A stretch of 64,000 bases of DNA, taken from NCBI GenBank assembly GCA_036677365.1, contig JAVBWN010000030.1, forward strand, positions 64,001 through 128,000, read 5' to 3'. A program made the translations under genes and the position numbers. Below the pieces are notes generated by a model. It was not told the origin of the DNA. It was given only the letters and a program-made list of their open reading frames with translations, and did not search any database. Each line of letters opens with the position of its first letter. Within the stretch, counting starts at the first letter, position 1. Source of the DNA: Acholeplasma sp. Its GTDB lineage: Bacteria > Bacillota_I > Bacilli_A > Acholeplasmatales > UBA5453. This document shows, piece by piece, positions 1-9,104 of this stretch.

Positions 1-99
1 GGTATCAATATTTTAAAACAACAACTCAAAGTGGCTTATGAAGATGGGTCATTTGGTTATGTGCTTTTAAAGGACATTGAAAAGAAACATGCAAATTGA
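1..99 (+). CDS. 3' end of probable PSP1/RicT (YaaT) family protein, truncated by window edge
   Basis: Frame 1 is open from base 1 (GINILKQQLKVAYEDGSFGYVLLKDIEKKHAN*) to TGA 97-99. It resembles the YaaT C-terminus, and yaaT precedes trmN6-rsmI in Firmicutes. Confidence 0.5.
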   Translation, partial: GINILKQQLKVAYEDGSFGYVLLKDIEKKHAN

Positions 100-847
100 G
101 AATGATTTATTAGGTTACCCTAGACTCAAGATCATCCAAGACCCAGAGATGTTTTCTTTTTCCATCGATTCCATGTTGTTGGGTGATTTTGTCAAAATCA
201 AGAAAAATACCAAACGCATTATGGATCTTTGCACGGGTAATGGTGCCATCCCGCTTTATTTATCGATCAAAACGAAAGCCGAAATACATGGGGTAGAAAT
301 CCAAGAGAAGGTCTATGAGATGGCGTCTAAAGGCGTTTCTATCAACCATTTGGAACATCAAATCCACCTCCATCATCGAGATTTAAGAGGCATCGCCAAA
401 ATCGTTGGAAAACTCTCGTTTGACATCGTCACAGCGAACCCACCCTTCTTTAAAGTACCCAATGAACCACACCTCAATAAAAATGAATACCTTACCATAG
501 CAAGACATGAAGTCATGCTGACCTTAGAGGAACTCATCATCGAGGCGCACGCTCTGTTGAATAACGGCGGTTCATTTTATTTAGTACATCGACCAGATCG
601 TTTAACAGATATTTTAAGCTTATTAAGAAAGCACGATTTAGAACCCAAACGCATGCGTTTAGTTCAACCAAGAAGAAATACCAAACCAAACCACGTTTTG
701 ATTGAAGCAGTCAAAAACAGATTAGAAGGTGGCTTAATTGTGGAAACCCCACTGGTCGTCTACCATAAAGACAACTGGACCAAAGCCATTTTAGACATAT
801 ATAACATTGGGAGGGAATCATATGTTACTCAGTCTACTCAACCGTAA
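89..847 (+). CDS. trmN6: tRNA1(Val) A37 N6-methyltransferase (YabB/TrmN6 family)
   Basis: FSIDSMLL, DLCTGNG SAM motif, NPPF, ARHE; synteny with rsmI. ATG at 89 chosen over TTG at 77. Confidence 0.85.
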   Translation: MQIENDLLGYPRLKIIQDPEMFSFSIDSMLLGDFVKIKKNTKRIMDLCTGNGAIPLYLSIKTKAEIHGVEIQEKVYEMASKGVSINHLEHQIHLHHRDLRGIAKIVGKLSFDIVTANPPFFKVPNEPHLNKNEYLTIARHEVMLTLEELIIEAHALLNNGGSFYLVHRPDRLTDILSLLRKHDLEPKRMRLVQPRRNTKPNHVLIEAVKNRLEGGLIVETPLVVYHKDNWTKAILDIYNIGRESYVTQSTQP

Positions 848-1232
848 AGAAAAACTGAAATTCCTCGACTTGGCCATCCATATGGTCGCGATTGACGGGG
901 AACCGAATGCGTTTGAAAAGCGTATTTTAAACATGATGTTGGCCGAAGTAGGCGACGACATTTATAAAGAATACACCTTCTCACTCGCGAGTGACAAAGA
1001 AGCGACGGTTGCGTATTTTGTGAATCAACCGAAAGCCACCCGCCACATTGTATTGCTCAATCTATTGAAGCTATCGATGTTTGATGATTTGTACAATACC
1101 TCAGAACACTTCTTCATCGATAATGTTCGTCGTCAATTCAAAATTGGCGTTGCGAAACGTAAAGAATTGATGAGGATCATTTACGCAGAACGCGATTGGC
1201 ACGAACAAGCCAAACGTGTTTGCATGGAGTAA
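822..1232 (+). CDS. Hypothetical protein, TerB/DjlA-N-like helical fold possible
   Basis: RBS GGGAGG before ATG 822; two 'xDG/Dxx...xE' helical motifs (AIDGEPNAFEK, MFDDLYNTSEH). Confidence 0.55.
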   Translation: MLLSLLNRKEKLKFLDLAIHMVAIDGEPNAFEKRILNMMLAEVGDDIYKEYTFSLASDKEATVAYFVNQPKATRHIVLLNLLKLSMFDDLYNTSEHFFIDNVRRQFKIGVAKRKELMRIIYAERDWHEQAKRVCME

Positions 1233-1233
1233 C

Positions 1234-2082
1234 ATGATCCGCCAAAGTTTCGTTGAAAACAAGCCTACATTGTATTTGATTTCAACCCCCATTGGCAACT
1301 TAAAAGACATCACACTCAGAGCACTTGAAACGCTAAAAACGGTTCAAGTGATTTTTGCTGAAGACACCCGTAATACACTCAAATTACTGTCTCATTATGA
1401 GATATCCAAACCCGTCAAAAGTTACCATGAGCACAACAAGAAAAGTGCAGCCCTAGAAGTTTTAAGACATCTAGAAAATGGCGATTCTGTGGGATTAGTC
1501 ACCGATGCTGGTACACCTGCCATTTCTGACCCTGGGTTTGATTTGGTCTTGCTCGTTAAAGATCATTTTCCTGTGGTTCCGATTCCAGGAGCAAGCGCTG
1601 TTTTGGCTGCATTGGTCGCTTCAGGATTGATACCTCAACCCTTCACATTTTATGGTTTTCTCGATCGCACCATTTCCAAACGACAACAAGAATTGAATAA
1701 GCTCTCAGGGCTGCCACATACGCTTGTATTTTATGAACGCGGGGATCGTGTGAAAACCACACTCACAGACATGTTGACTGTCTTAGGCAACCGAAATGTC
1801 GTCTTAGCCAAAGAATTGACCAAGCAATTTGAAACATTTTATGAAGGGGACATCAGCACTTTAATGGGTAGCGAAATTCATGAAAAAGGTGAGTTTGTCA
1901 TACTCGTTTCTGGGAAATTGGACCAAGCCACATCGAGTGGTGATGTCGTATCGGATGTGAAAGAATATATCGCTTTGGGTTACTCAGAGAAGGAAGCCAT
2001 CAAGAAAGTTGCGAGTGAACTGGGTGTCCATAAAAATGAGATTTATCAACAAGTCATTCAAGCGGGTGGCATCAAAAAATAG
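1234..2082 (+). CDS. rsmI: 16S rRNA C1402 2'-O-methyltransferase RsmI
   Basis: TPIGNLKDIT, AEDTR, DAGTPAISDPG, PIPGASA, KELTK; GGAG RBS before ATG 1234. Confidence 0.95.
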   Translation: MIRQSFVENKPTLYLISTPIGNLKDITLRALETLKTVQVIFAEDTRNTLKLLSHYEISKPVKSYHEHNKKSAALEVLRHLENGDSVGLVTDAGTPAISDPGFDLVLLVKDHFPVVPIPGASAVLAALVASGLIPQPFTFYGFLDRTISKRQQELNKLSGLPHTLVFYERGDRVKTTLTDMLTVLGNRNVVLAKELTKQFETFYEGDISTLMGSEIHEKGEFVILVSGKLDQATSSGDVVSDVKEYIALGYSEKEAIKKVASELGVHKNEIYQQVIQAGGIKK

Positions 2083-2192
2083 TTGCATACCTGTGGATTT
2101 TTCTACAAAAATCAACTTTACAATCGAATCAAAAATGCCTGCATAAATGAGTTGTTTTTATGCAGGTTATTATATATAATAGGGTTACAGGC

Positions 2193-2408
2193 TTGGATGA
2201 AGAGAGTACGGTTGTGGTTTTAAGCTAGAGAGTTTGTGGTTGGTGCAAACAAACAGAACACAAAAAGAAGATGACTTCGGAGCCGTTTGATCGATAGGTA
2301 GATCAAACCGTAAGCACGCGTTAAGTGTTTGAGGGCTATGGGCAACCATAGAACTAAGGTGGTACCGCGATCTTTTCGTCCTTAGCGTTTTTAAGGGCGA
2401 TTTTTTTA
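2193..2408 (+). promoter_or_regulatory. T-box riboswitch (Met specifier) controlling metG
   Basis: AGAGA and GGTTGGTGCAA stem-I motifs; specifier GAAG-ATG-A at 2271-2273; T-box AAGGTGGTACCGCG 2356-2369; terminator TCGTCCTTAG..TTAAGGGCGA-T7 2376-2407; TATAAT at 2175-2180. Confidence 0.92.
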
Positions 2409-2431
2409 CGAAAAAATGGAGGTAAAAGAAG

Positions 2432-3988
2432 ATGAAAAAACCATTTTATATTTCAACAGCCATCGCGTATGCTTCTGCGATTCCGCACGTTGGCAACGTG
2501 TATGAAGCCATACTAGCGGATGCAATTGCACGCTTTAAGCGCTTGGACGGCTATGACGTCTATTTCCAAACTGGGACCGATGAACACGGTCAAAAAATCG
2601 AATCACGTGCCGCAGGTAAAGGTATGGAACCACAAGCGTATACCGACCTCATTTCGAATGAAATTAAACGCATTTACGCCGCTGTCGGTGTAGAGTATGA
2701 CCATTTCATCCGCACCACAGACGAAAACCATCGCCAAGTGGTACAAGCCATCTTCAAGAAACTCTATGATCAAGGCGACATCTATTTAGGTAAATATGCT
2801 GGATGGTACAGTGTTTCAGAAGAATCCTTCATCGCTGAAAAAGACATCGTTGATGGTAAAGGTCCAAATGGGGACACCTTGGTATGGACCGAAGAAGAAA
2901 CCTTCTTTTTCGATTTAAAAAAATACCAACCGAGACTCATTGAACACATCCAAAATCACCCAGAATTCATCGCACCAGAATCTAGAAAGAATGAAATGTT
3001 GAACAATTTCTTGAGCGAACCACTTCAAGATTTGTCTGTATCGAGAACCTCCTTCAAGTGGGGCATCCCTACATTCGACCCTAAACACGTCATATATGTG
3101 TGGATAGACGCTTTAACCAACTACATCAGTGGGTTGGACTTGGATGCGTCATTGACACCTTCTGAAAAGTTCAAAAAATACTGGCCAGCTGACATCCATT
3201 TGATCGGTAAAGACATCTTAAGATTCCACACGATTTATTGGCCAATCATGTTGATGGCTTTAGGGTTAGAATTACCTAAGACCGTGTTTGGTCACCCTTG
3301 GGTTTTAATCGACAAGTCGAAAATGAGTAAGTCCTTAGGTAATACGATGTATGTCGATGATATCTTGAAATACTTCAAAAAAGATACGTTGAGATATTAT
3401 GTTCTACACGAGATTCCTTTCGCAGCGGATGGTAATCTCACGTATGAATTATTGATCGAAAGAAACAACACGGATTTAGCCAACACGTTGGGTAACCTTG
3501 TGAACCGCACCATCGGTATGGCAAACAAATACCGTGGTGGTCTAGTAAAGAAAGCCAACACCCAAAAAACATATGAAATTTCATTGGTTGAAGCAACCTC
3601 GACACTTTTAGAACAAGTGCGTTTAAAGATGGACGAATACCGTGTCGCTGACGCCATTGAAGAAATTATGAAGGTATTGAGACAAGCCAATAAATTCATC
3701 GATGTCACTGAGCCTTGGAAACTATTCAAAGACGAAACAGCTCAAGCCGAACTCGATGGCGTATTGTATGAACTCTTAGAAACCATCCGCATCACTGCGG
3801 TGGTACTACGTGCATTCATTCCAGATACAGCCAATGAAATCTTGCGTCAAATCAATACAACGAAAAATACATTCGATTCGATTACCACGTTTGGTGGTTT
3901 CGAAGATGGCACACAACTCAATGCACCTGTGGTATTATTTGAACGTTATAATCCTCAGGAAAAACTTGAAGAAATCTTAAAAGGATAA
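2432..3988 (+). CDS. metG: Methionine--tRNA ligase (short MetRS1 form, no C-terminal OB domain)
   Basis: HVGN (HIGH), GTDEHGQK, YVWIDAL, GKDILRFH, KMSKS. Confidence 0.97.
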   Translation: MKKPFYISTAIAYASAIPHVGNVYEAILADAIARFKRLDGYDVYFQTGTDEHGQKIESRAAGKGMEPQAYTDLISNEIKRIYAAVGVEYDHFIRTTDENHRQVVQAIFKKLYDQGDIYLGKYAGWYSVSEESFIAEKDIVDGKGPNGDTLVWTEEETFFFDLKKYQPRLIEHIQNHPEFIAPESRKNEMLNNFLSEPLQDLSVSRTSFKWGIPTFDPKHVIYVWIDALTNYISGLDLDASLTPSEKFKKYWPADIHLIGKDILRFHTIYWPIMLMALGLELPKTVFGHPWVLIDKSKMSKSLGNTMYVDDILKYFKKDTLRYYVLHEIPFAADGNLTYELLIERNNTDLANTLGNLVNRTIGMANKYRGGLVKKANTQKTYEISLVEATSTLLEQVRLKMDEYRVADAIEEIMKVLRQANKFIDVTEPWKLFKDETAQAELDGVLYELLETIRITAVVLRAFIPDTANEILRQINTTKNTFDSITTFGGFEDGTQLNAPVVLFERYNPQEKLEEILKG

Positions 3989-3990
3989 AC

Positions 3991-4890
3991 ATGGGCAATC
4001 TATTTAAGAATAATGAAAAACTATTTCTTGAATTACGCGCGCTGTTCGCTGTGACACTGTTTACCATCGTGTATGGTATTGGTGTCAGCTGGTTTCTTGA
4101 AGCCGCAGCAGAACCGCTTTATACAGGGGGTATCCCAGGGATTGGTCAGTTAACCCGAAACATTTTAAACAGTGAATTCGGCTTGAATTTAGGCAACAGT
4201 TTCTTAGGGATATTCATTATGGTTGGAAACATCCCAATCCTCATCTTGGGCTGGTTTGGTGTCTCTAAACGATTCACCATTTATTCCATCATATCGGTCG
4301 TCATTCAATCCACCATTTTAGGTTTCATCCCGGTTGTAGATATGGGCATCGATGATACCTTTGTCTTAGCCGTCATGGGCGGTTTACTCGTGGGTGTCGG
4401 TGTTGGTGGCGCACTAAAATATGGCACATCGACTGGTGGCCTTGACATCGTCGCACAATATTATTCGCTCCGTCACGGCACATCCGTCGGATTCATCTCG
4501 TTGGTGCTAAACGTAGCGATTGCGTTGTTTGGTGCGATTGTATTTGGTAGTGCAAGCGTCGCAGCATATACCATCATTCGTATCATTGTTTCAACCATGG
4601 TTACAGATAAATTACATACGGCATATAACTTTATGAAAGTTGAAATCATCACCGAATCCCCAGCACAACTCACCCAATTGATCCTTGAAAAGGTGTATCG
4701 CGGTGTGACTTTAGCGAAGGTGGAAGGCGCATATTCACATAAAGAAAAAACCATGGTCATCGTCGTGATTTCATCGTATGAACTCACACAAATTCGCAAA
4801 CTCGTTAAAGATTTTGATCCAAAAGCCTTCATGATTACACAGCCAGTGAAAACCATTCAAGGCAACTTTGCAAGAAAAACCATCGTATAA
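3991..4890 (+). CDS. YitT family membrane protein
   Basis: TGGIPG, NIP, STGGLDI, RGVT..GAYS (DUF2179-like C-terminus); multiple TM segments. Confidence 0.85.
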   Translation: MGNLFKNNEKLFLELRALFAVTLFTIVYGIGVSWFLEAAAEPLYTGGIPGIGQLTRNILNSEFGLNLGNSFLGIFIMVGNIPILILGWFGVSKRFTIYSIISVVIQSTILGFIPVVDMGIDDTFVLAVMGGLLVGVGVGGALKYGTSTGGLDIVAQYYSLRHGTSVGFISLVLNVAIALFGAIVFGSASVAAYTIIRIIVSTMVTDKLHTAYNFMKVEIITESPAQLTQLILEKVYRGVTLAKVEGAYSHKEKTMVIVVISSYELTQIRKLVKDFDPKAFMITQPVKTIQGNFARKTIV

Positions 4891-4942
4891 GTGGTGTTAT
4901 TTTGAATCAAAACAGTGCAGTTGAATTTACTTCATATTATGG

Positions 4943-4971
4943 TTGACAAACACCTATACTTATAGTAAGAT
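4943..4971 (+). promoter_or_regulatory. SigA-type promoter of rplM-rpsI
   Basis: TTGACA-17 nt-TAAGAT. Confidence 0.7.
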
Positions 4972-5039
4972 TTATACGGTACGTTTTAAAAAAGCCCAAA
5001 ATAGCCCTTATTACAACCACAATAAGGAGGAGAATTACA

Positions 5040-5477
5040 ATGATGAAAACAACAATTATGCCAAATCCGGCGAACATCCAAAGAAAATGGTATGTGATCG
5101 ACGCAGATGGCGCAACACTTGGACGTTTAGCGACTCAAGTGGCAGCAATTTTAAAAGGTAAGAATAACCCATACTACGCTCCTCACGTAGATACTGGCGA
5201 TAATGTTATCGTTATTAATGCTGAAAAAATTCAATTAACAGGGAAGAAATGGACTGGTAAAGTCTATTATTCACACAGTGATTATGCTGGTAGCTTAAAG
5301 ACAACTATGGCTAAAGATGTTATGGCTAAGTTCCCAACCAGAATGGTAGAAAAAGCAGTAGAAGGTATGTTGCCACACAACCGTTTAGGTAGCGTAATGT
5401 TTAAGAAATTATACGTTTATGCTGGTAGCGAACATCCGCACATTGCCCAAAAACCAGTTAAGTTGGAGGTATTATAA
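5040..5477 (+). CDS. rplM: 50S ribosomal protein L13
   Basis: [32 protein letters not shown]. Confidence 0.98.
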   Translation: MMKTTIMPNPANIQRKWYVIDADGATLGRLATQVAAILKGKNNPYYAPHVDTGDNVIVINAEKIQLTGKKWTGKVYYSHSDYAGSLKTTMAKDVMAKFPTRMVEKAVEGMLPHNRLGSVMFKKLYVYAGSEHPHIAQKPVKLEVL

Positions 5478-5479
5478 TC

Positions 5480-5875
5480 ATGGCAAAAGCTGTTCAATAT
5501 TTAGGCACAGGACGTCGTAAGAGTTCTGTAGCAAGAGTTATCCTTACAAGTGGTACTGGTAAATTTGTCATCAATGACAGACCATTTGAAGAATATATTC
5601 CTTCAGCAGCAACCCGTTTAGACGTTTTACAACCATTAGCAATTACCGAATCAGAAGGTCGTTTCGACGTTTCTGTCAACGTATATGGCGGCGGTTTAAC
5701 CGGCCAAGCTGGTGCGATTCGTCACGGCATCACTAGAGCATTGATGGAAGTCAATCCTGACTTAAGAGCAACCTTAAAACCTGCTGGATTAGTCACCAGA
5801 GACCCACGTGCTAAAGAACGTAAAAAATACGGTCTTAAGAAAGCTCGTAGAGCATCACAATTCTCAAAACGTTAA
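5480..5875 (+). CDS. rpsI: 30S ribosomal protein S9
   Basis: [27 protein letters not shown]-terminal QFSKR. Confidence 0.98.
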   Translation: MAKAVQYLGTGRRKSSVARVILTSGTGKFVINDRPFEEYIPSAATRLDVLQPLAITESEGRFDVSVNVYGGGLTGQAGAIRHGITRALMEVNPDLRATLKPAGLVTRDPRAKERKKYGLKKARRASQFSKR

Positions 5876-5882
5876 TTTTTAT

Positions 5883-5910
5883 GGGCAATCTTCGGATTGC
5901 CTTTTTTTTT
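5883..5910 (+). terminator. Intrinsic terminator after rpsI
   Basis: GGCAATC-TTCG-GATTGCC stem with UUCG loop followed by T9. Confidence 0.9.
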
Positions 5911-5965
5911 CTTGTAAGAAAACACCATATATCGTATAATGATATATGCGAAAGAGGGTTTTTGT

Positions 5966-7309
5966 ATGAATAAAGTACGTGTTAGATACGCACCAAGTCC
6001 TACCGGGCTATTACACATAGGTAACGCCAGAACAGCGATTTTCAACTATTTGTTTGCGAGAAGCCGCGGGGGCGATTTTTTAATTCGAATTGAAGATACC
6101 GACGTTAAAAGAAATGTCATCGGTGGTGAAGCTTCACAGCTAGATAACCTCAGATGGTTGGGTCTAGATTGGGATGAATCCCCAGATAAGGGAGGTCCTT
6201 ATGGCCCTTATAGACAATTGGAACGTTTGGATTTATATAAAGAGTATGCAGAAAAACTATTAGACATGGGCATGGCGTATAAGGAATACAAAGAAGGTTC
6301 AAATAAGTATGCCATCCGCTTCAAAGTACCGGCCGATAAAGAGTATGTCTTCAATGACATGGTTAGAGGCACCCTTAGATTTCAATCCAAAGAAGTTGAA
6401 GACTGGATAATGATCAAAGACAACGGCATCCCAACCTACAATTTCGCTGTGGTCATCGACGACCATTTTATGAAAATTACCCACATTTTAAGAGGGGAAG
6501 AACACATCACCAATACACCGAAGCAAATGATGGTGTATGAAGCCTTTGGTTGGGACATTCCGATGTTTGGACACATGACCATCATCGTCAATGAAAAGAA
6601 AAAGAAACTGTCCAAACGTGACCAATCGATTGTTCAGTTCATCTCACAATACCGCGAATTAGGTTACTTACCTGAAGCGATGCTCAACTTCATTGCTTTG
6701 TTGGGATGGAGCCCTGCTGTCAACCAAGAAATTTTATCCAAAGAAGATATCATCAATCACTTTGATTCATCACGTTTATCCAAAGCGCCAGCGATGTTTG
6801 ACGTGGTTAAACTTGCGTATATCAACAAAGAATATGTCAAGAAAATGTCTCCTGAAGCATTCGTTGAACTATGCAAACCACACCTCGAAAAAGCAGGCAT
6901 CGATGTCAGCAATCCGGTTTGGGTCGCTGATTTATGCAGTCTATTACATGAGAGAACGGCTTACGGTGCACAAATCGTCGAACTACATCACGCATTCTTC
7001 CATGGGTCATTTGAAATTGAACCTGAAGCTTTGGAGTTCTTAAAATCCGAAGATACATTACAAGTCATCAAAGCGTTTAAGAAACAACTTACGATGAGTA
7101 ATTTCAATGCAGATGACATCAAAGAATCGATCAAAGATGTAGGCAAACGATTGAATGTCAAAGGTAAATCCTTATTCATGCCATGTCGTATCGCAACCAC
7201 CGGCGCGATGCACGGCCCTGATTTACCAAAATCCTTGTCGTTATTAGGCAAAGAAGTCGCAATCAGCCGTATCAATAAAACTATAGAAATATTGGAGAAT
7301 AAAGCATGA
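5966..7309 (+). CDS. gltX: Glutamate--tRNA ligase
   Basis: RYAPSPTGLLHIGN, RIEDTD, RGEEH, KLSKR, HGPDL. Confidence 0.97.
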   Translation: MNKVRVRYAPSPTGLLHIGNARTAIFNYLFARSRGGDFLIRIEDTDVKRNVIGGEASQLDNLRWLGLDWDESPDKGGPYGPYRQLERLDLYKEYAEKLLDMGMAYKEYKEGSNKYAIRFKVPADKEYVFNDMVRGTLRFQSKEVEDWIMIKDNGIPTYNFAVVIDDHFMKITHILRGEEHITNTPKQMMVYEAFGWDIPMFGHMTIIVNEKKKKLSKRDQSIVQFISQYRELGYLPEAMLNFIALLGWSPAVNQEILSKEDIINHFDSSRLSKAPAMFDVVKLAYINKEYVKKMSPEAFVELCKPHLEKAGIDVSNPVWVADLCSLLHERTAYGAQIVELHHAFFHGSFEIEPEALEFLKSEDTLQVIKAFKKQLTMSNFNADDIKESIKDVGKRLNVKGKSLFMPCRIATTGAMHGPDLPKSLSLLGKEVAISRINKTIEILENKA

Positions 7310-8961
7310 AAAAAGTCCTAACAATCATCGCATTTGTGTTAACACTCTTTATCCTTGCAGGTTGTAATGCAAAATCGGATGTTAAAATTTCGATTAAAAA
7401 TGTGACCCCCGCAAGAACCACCATTTATATGGAATTCGATGTGGAAGACCCTAAAGAAGAAATCACAGAAGATGGCATCGTCGTTGTGCTTTATTACTTA
7501 GGTAATGAAGTTACACGTAAAGCACCGACCTATGCCAACGAAGTGACATCGATCATTTTTGAAGGCTTATCCGTTGGTTATAAATACACATTCAATGTCT
7601 TCGCAACCTATGGTGGAAAAGCCCACAAAATGGCCTCCGGTGAAGCAACCACAACCACAGAAGGTGGCAGCGCAACCGAACCAAAACTCATTTCAACCAT
7701 TCAAGATTTTCTTAACATTCCAAACGATTTAACAGCGTTCTATCGTTTAGAAAATGATTTGGATTTTGAAGGTGCATCCTTCCAAAACCCATTTGGTTCG
7801 AAACAATTCGCAGGTAATTTTGATGGTAATAATAAGACCATTAAAAATATGAAGATGGACTTAACCACCACTTATATTGGACTCTTTGGGTATAACCGTG
7901 GTACGATTAAGAATTTAACGGTTGAAAATGTCACGATTGACTTTAAAACAAGCACACAAAATATTGGCATCATCGCTGGTAAAAACGCAGGGTTGATTGA
8001 AAATGTTACTTTGAAAAATTCCAGCATCGCTGCTGAGTTCTCAAGAACGGGACAAATCTATATTGGCGGCATCACTGGGCTATCTGAGACCGGGGGAAGA
8101 TTGACCAATATCACCATTGAAAATGTCGATTTAAACTTAGCCATCACGGGTCGTACAGAACCTCATGTGGGGCTATTGGTAGGTAGAGCCCAAGCGACTC
8201 AAGTAACTGAGGCGAGCGCATCCGGTTCAATCTTGGTTTCATCGATGGACGTTACAAACGTTGGTGGACTCATCGGAAAAATTGAAAACGTTGGACTCAG
8301 TGGATCCTCAGTGACCAACGCGAACGCGAATGTCGATATCGAAGTGGATGTCAATGTAACCACAACCACCACCAACGACACCGCACAAGGCGTGTATGTC
8401 GGTGGTCTATTGGGTACCTCGATTGGCACCAATGTCAACAGCGTTTACGCAAATGGTGAAATTCTAATCACCCGTGTTTCTAACACATCCACAAATAACC
8501 GTTCAGACGATGAACTATCGGTTGGCGGCTTGGTAGGCTTCACCACATCCTCAGTCATCAATGCTTACGCAGACGTTGAAATCACCGTGGGTAGTGCCAC
8601 TGAAGTGACCATCATATCTTTTGAAAAGATCTTTGTTGGCGGCTTGGCTGGTATCCAACTGGGCGGCGAACGTTTAGACAAAGCAGTTTACATTGGCGCA
8701 TCGATTCTAATCTATCCAGGAACGACAGGTACGTTACAAGCATCAGTTGTAGTGGGCAATATGAATCCAAATAAAGCCGCAACAGTAGGAAATGTAGATT
8801 TTAGAATCAGTGGTATAATGGCTTCCCATGGAAGAGTTGTTATTGTGAATGGCGATATATTAACTGCAGCAGGAAGTGCGGTTGAAGTCGTTACTTTTGA
8901 ATCCCTACAAACGTATTTCACAAGCACATATATTTTAGAAACTTTAATTTTCAACGAATAA
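7306..8961 (+). CDS. Surface lipoprotein with FN3-like domain and GLUG-like repeats
   Basis: Lipobox LAGC; 'GLSVGYKYTFNV' FN3-like; FAGNFDGNNKTI; repeated VGGLIG/VGGLLG/VGGLVG/VGGLAG. Confidence 0.75.
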   Translation: MKKVLTIIAFVLTLFILAGCNAKSDVKISIKNVTPARTTIYMEFDVEDPKEEITEDGIVVVLYYLGNEVTRKAPTYANEVTSIIFEGLSVGYKYTFNVFATYGGKAHKMASGEATTTTEGGSATEPKLISTIQDFLNIPNDLTAFYRLENDLDFEGASFQNPFGSKQFAGNFDGNNKTIKNMKMDLTTTYIGLFGYNRGTIKNLTVENVTIDFKTSTQNIGIIAGKNAGLIENVTLKNSSIAAEFSRTGQIYIGGITGLSETGGRLTNITIENVDLNLAITGRTEPHVGLLVGRAQATQVTEASASGSILVSSMDVTNVGGLIGKIENVGLSGSSVTNANANVDIEVDVNVTTTTTNDTAQGVYVGGLLGTSIGTNVNSVYANGEILITRVSNTSTNNRSDDELSVGGLVGFTTSSVINAYADVEITVGSATEVTIISFEKIFVGGLAGIQLGGERLDKAVYIGASILIYPGTTGTLQASVVVGNMNPNKAATVGNVDFRISGIMASHGRVVIVNGDILTAAGSAVEVVTFESLQTYFTSTYILETLIFNE

Positions 8962-8969
8962 TACATACA

Positions 8970-9002
8970 AATGTTACGACCTATAATCGTAACATTTTTT
9001 TT
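8970..9002 (+). terminator. Intrinsic terminator after lipoprotein gene
   Basis: AAATGTTACGA-cctataa-TCGTAACATTT followed by a T-tract. Confidence 0.85.
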
Positions 9003-9054
9003 GGAATCATATAGGGCTATAAAAATATATAAATAGTTTTATATATTTCATGAC

Positions 9055-9082
9055 TTGCATAAAAAAAACAATGAAGTATAAT
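9055..9082 (+). promoter_or_regulatory. SigA-type promoter of the DUF2779-like nuclease gene
   Basis: TTGCAT-16 nt-TATAAT, followed by GAGGTG RBS and ATG 9105. Confidence 0.65.
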
Positions 9083-9104
9083 GACATCAAAGAGGTGATT
9101 CTTT

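Noticed and set aside
2095..2166. Inverted repeats between rsmI and the T-box (GATTTTT/AAAAATC; CCTGCATAAA/TTTATGCAGG)
   Set aside because: Most simply the rsmI terminator overlapping the metG promoter; no evidence for a separate RNA.
4990..5035. Shared 'GCCCAA..GCCCTT' words in the rplM and rpsL leaders
   Set aside because: Too short and differently spaced to separate from chance without alignments.
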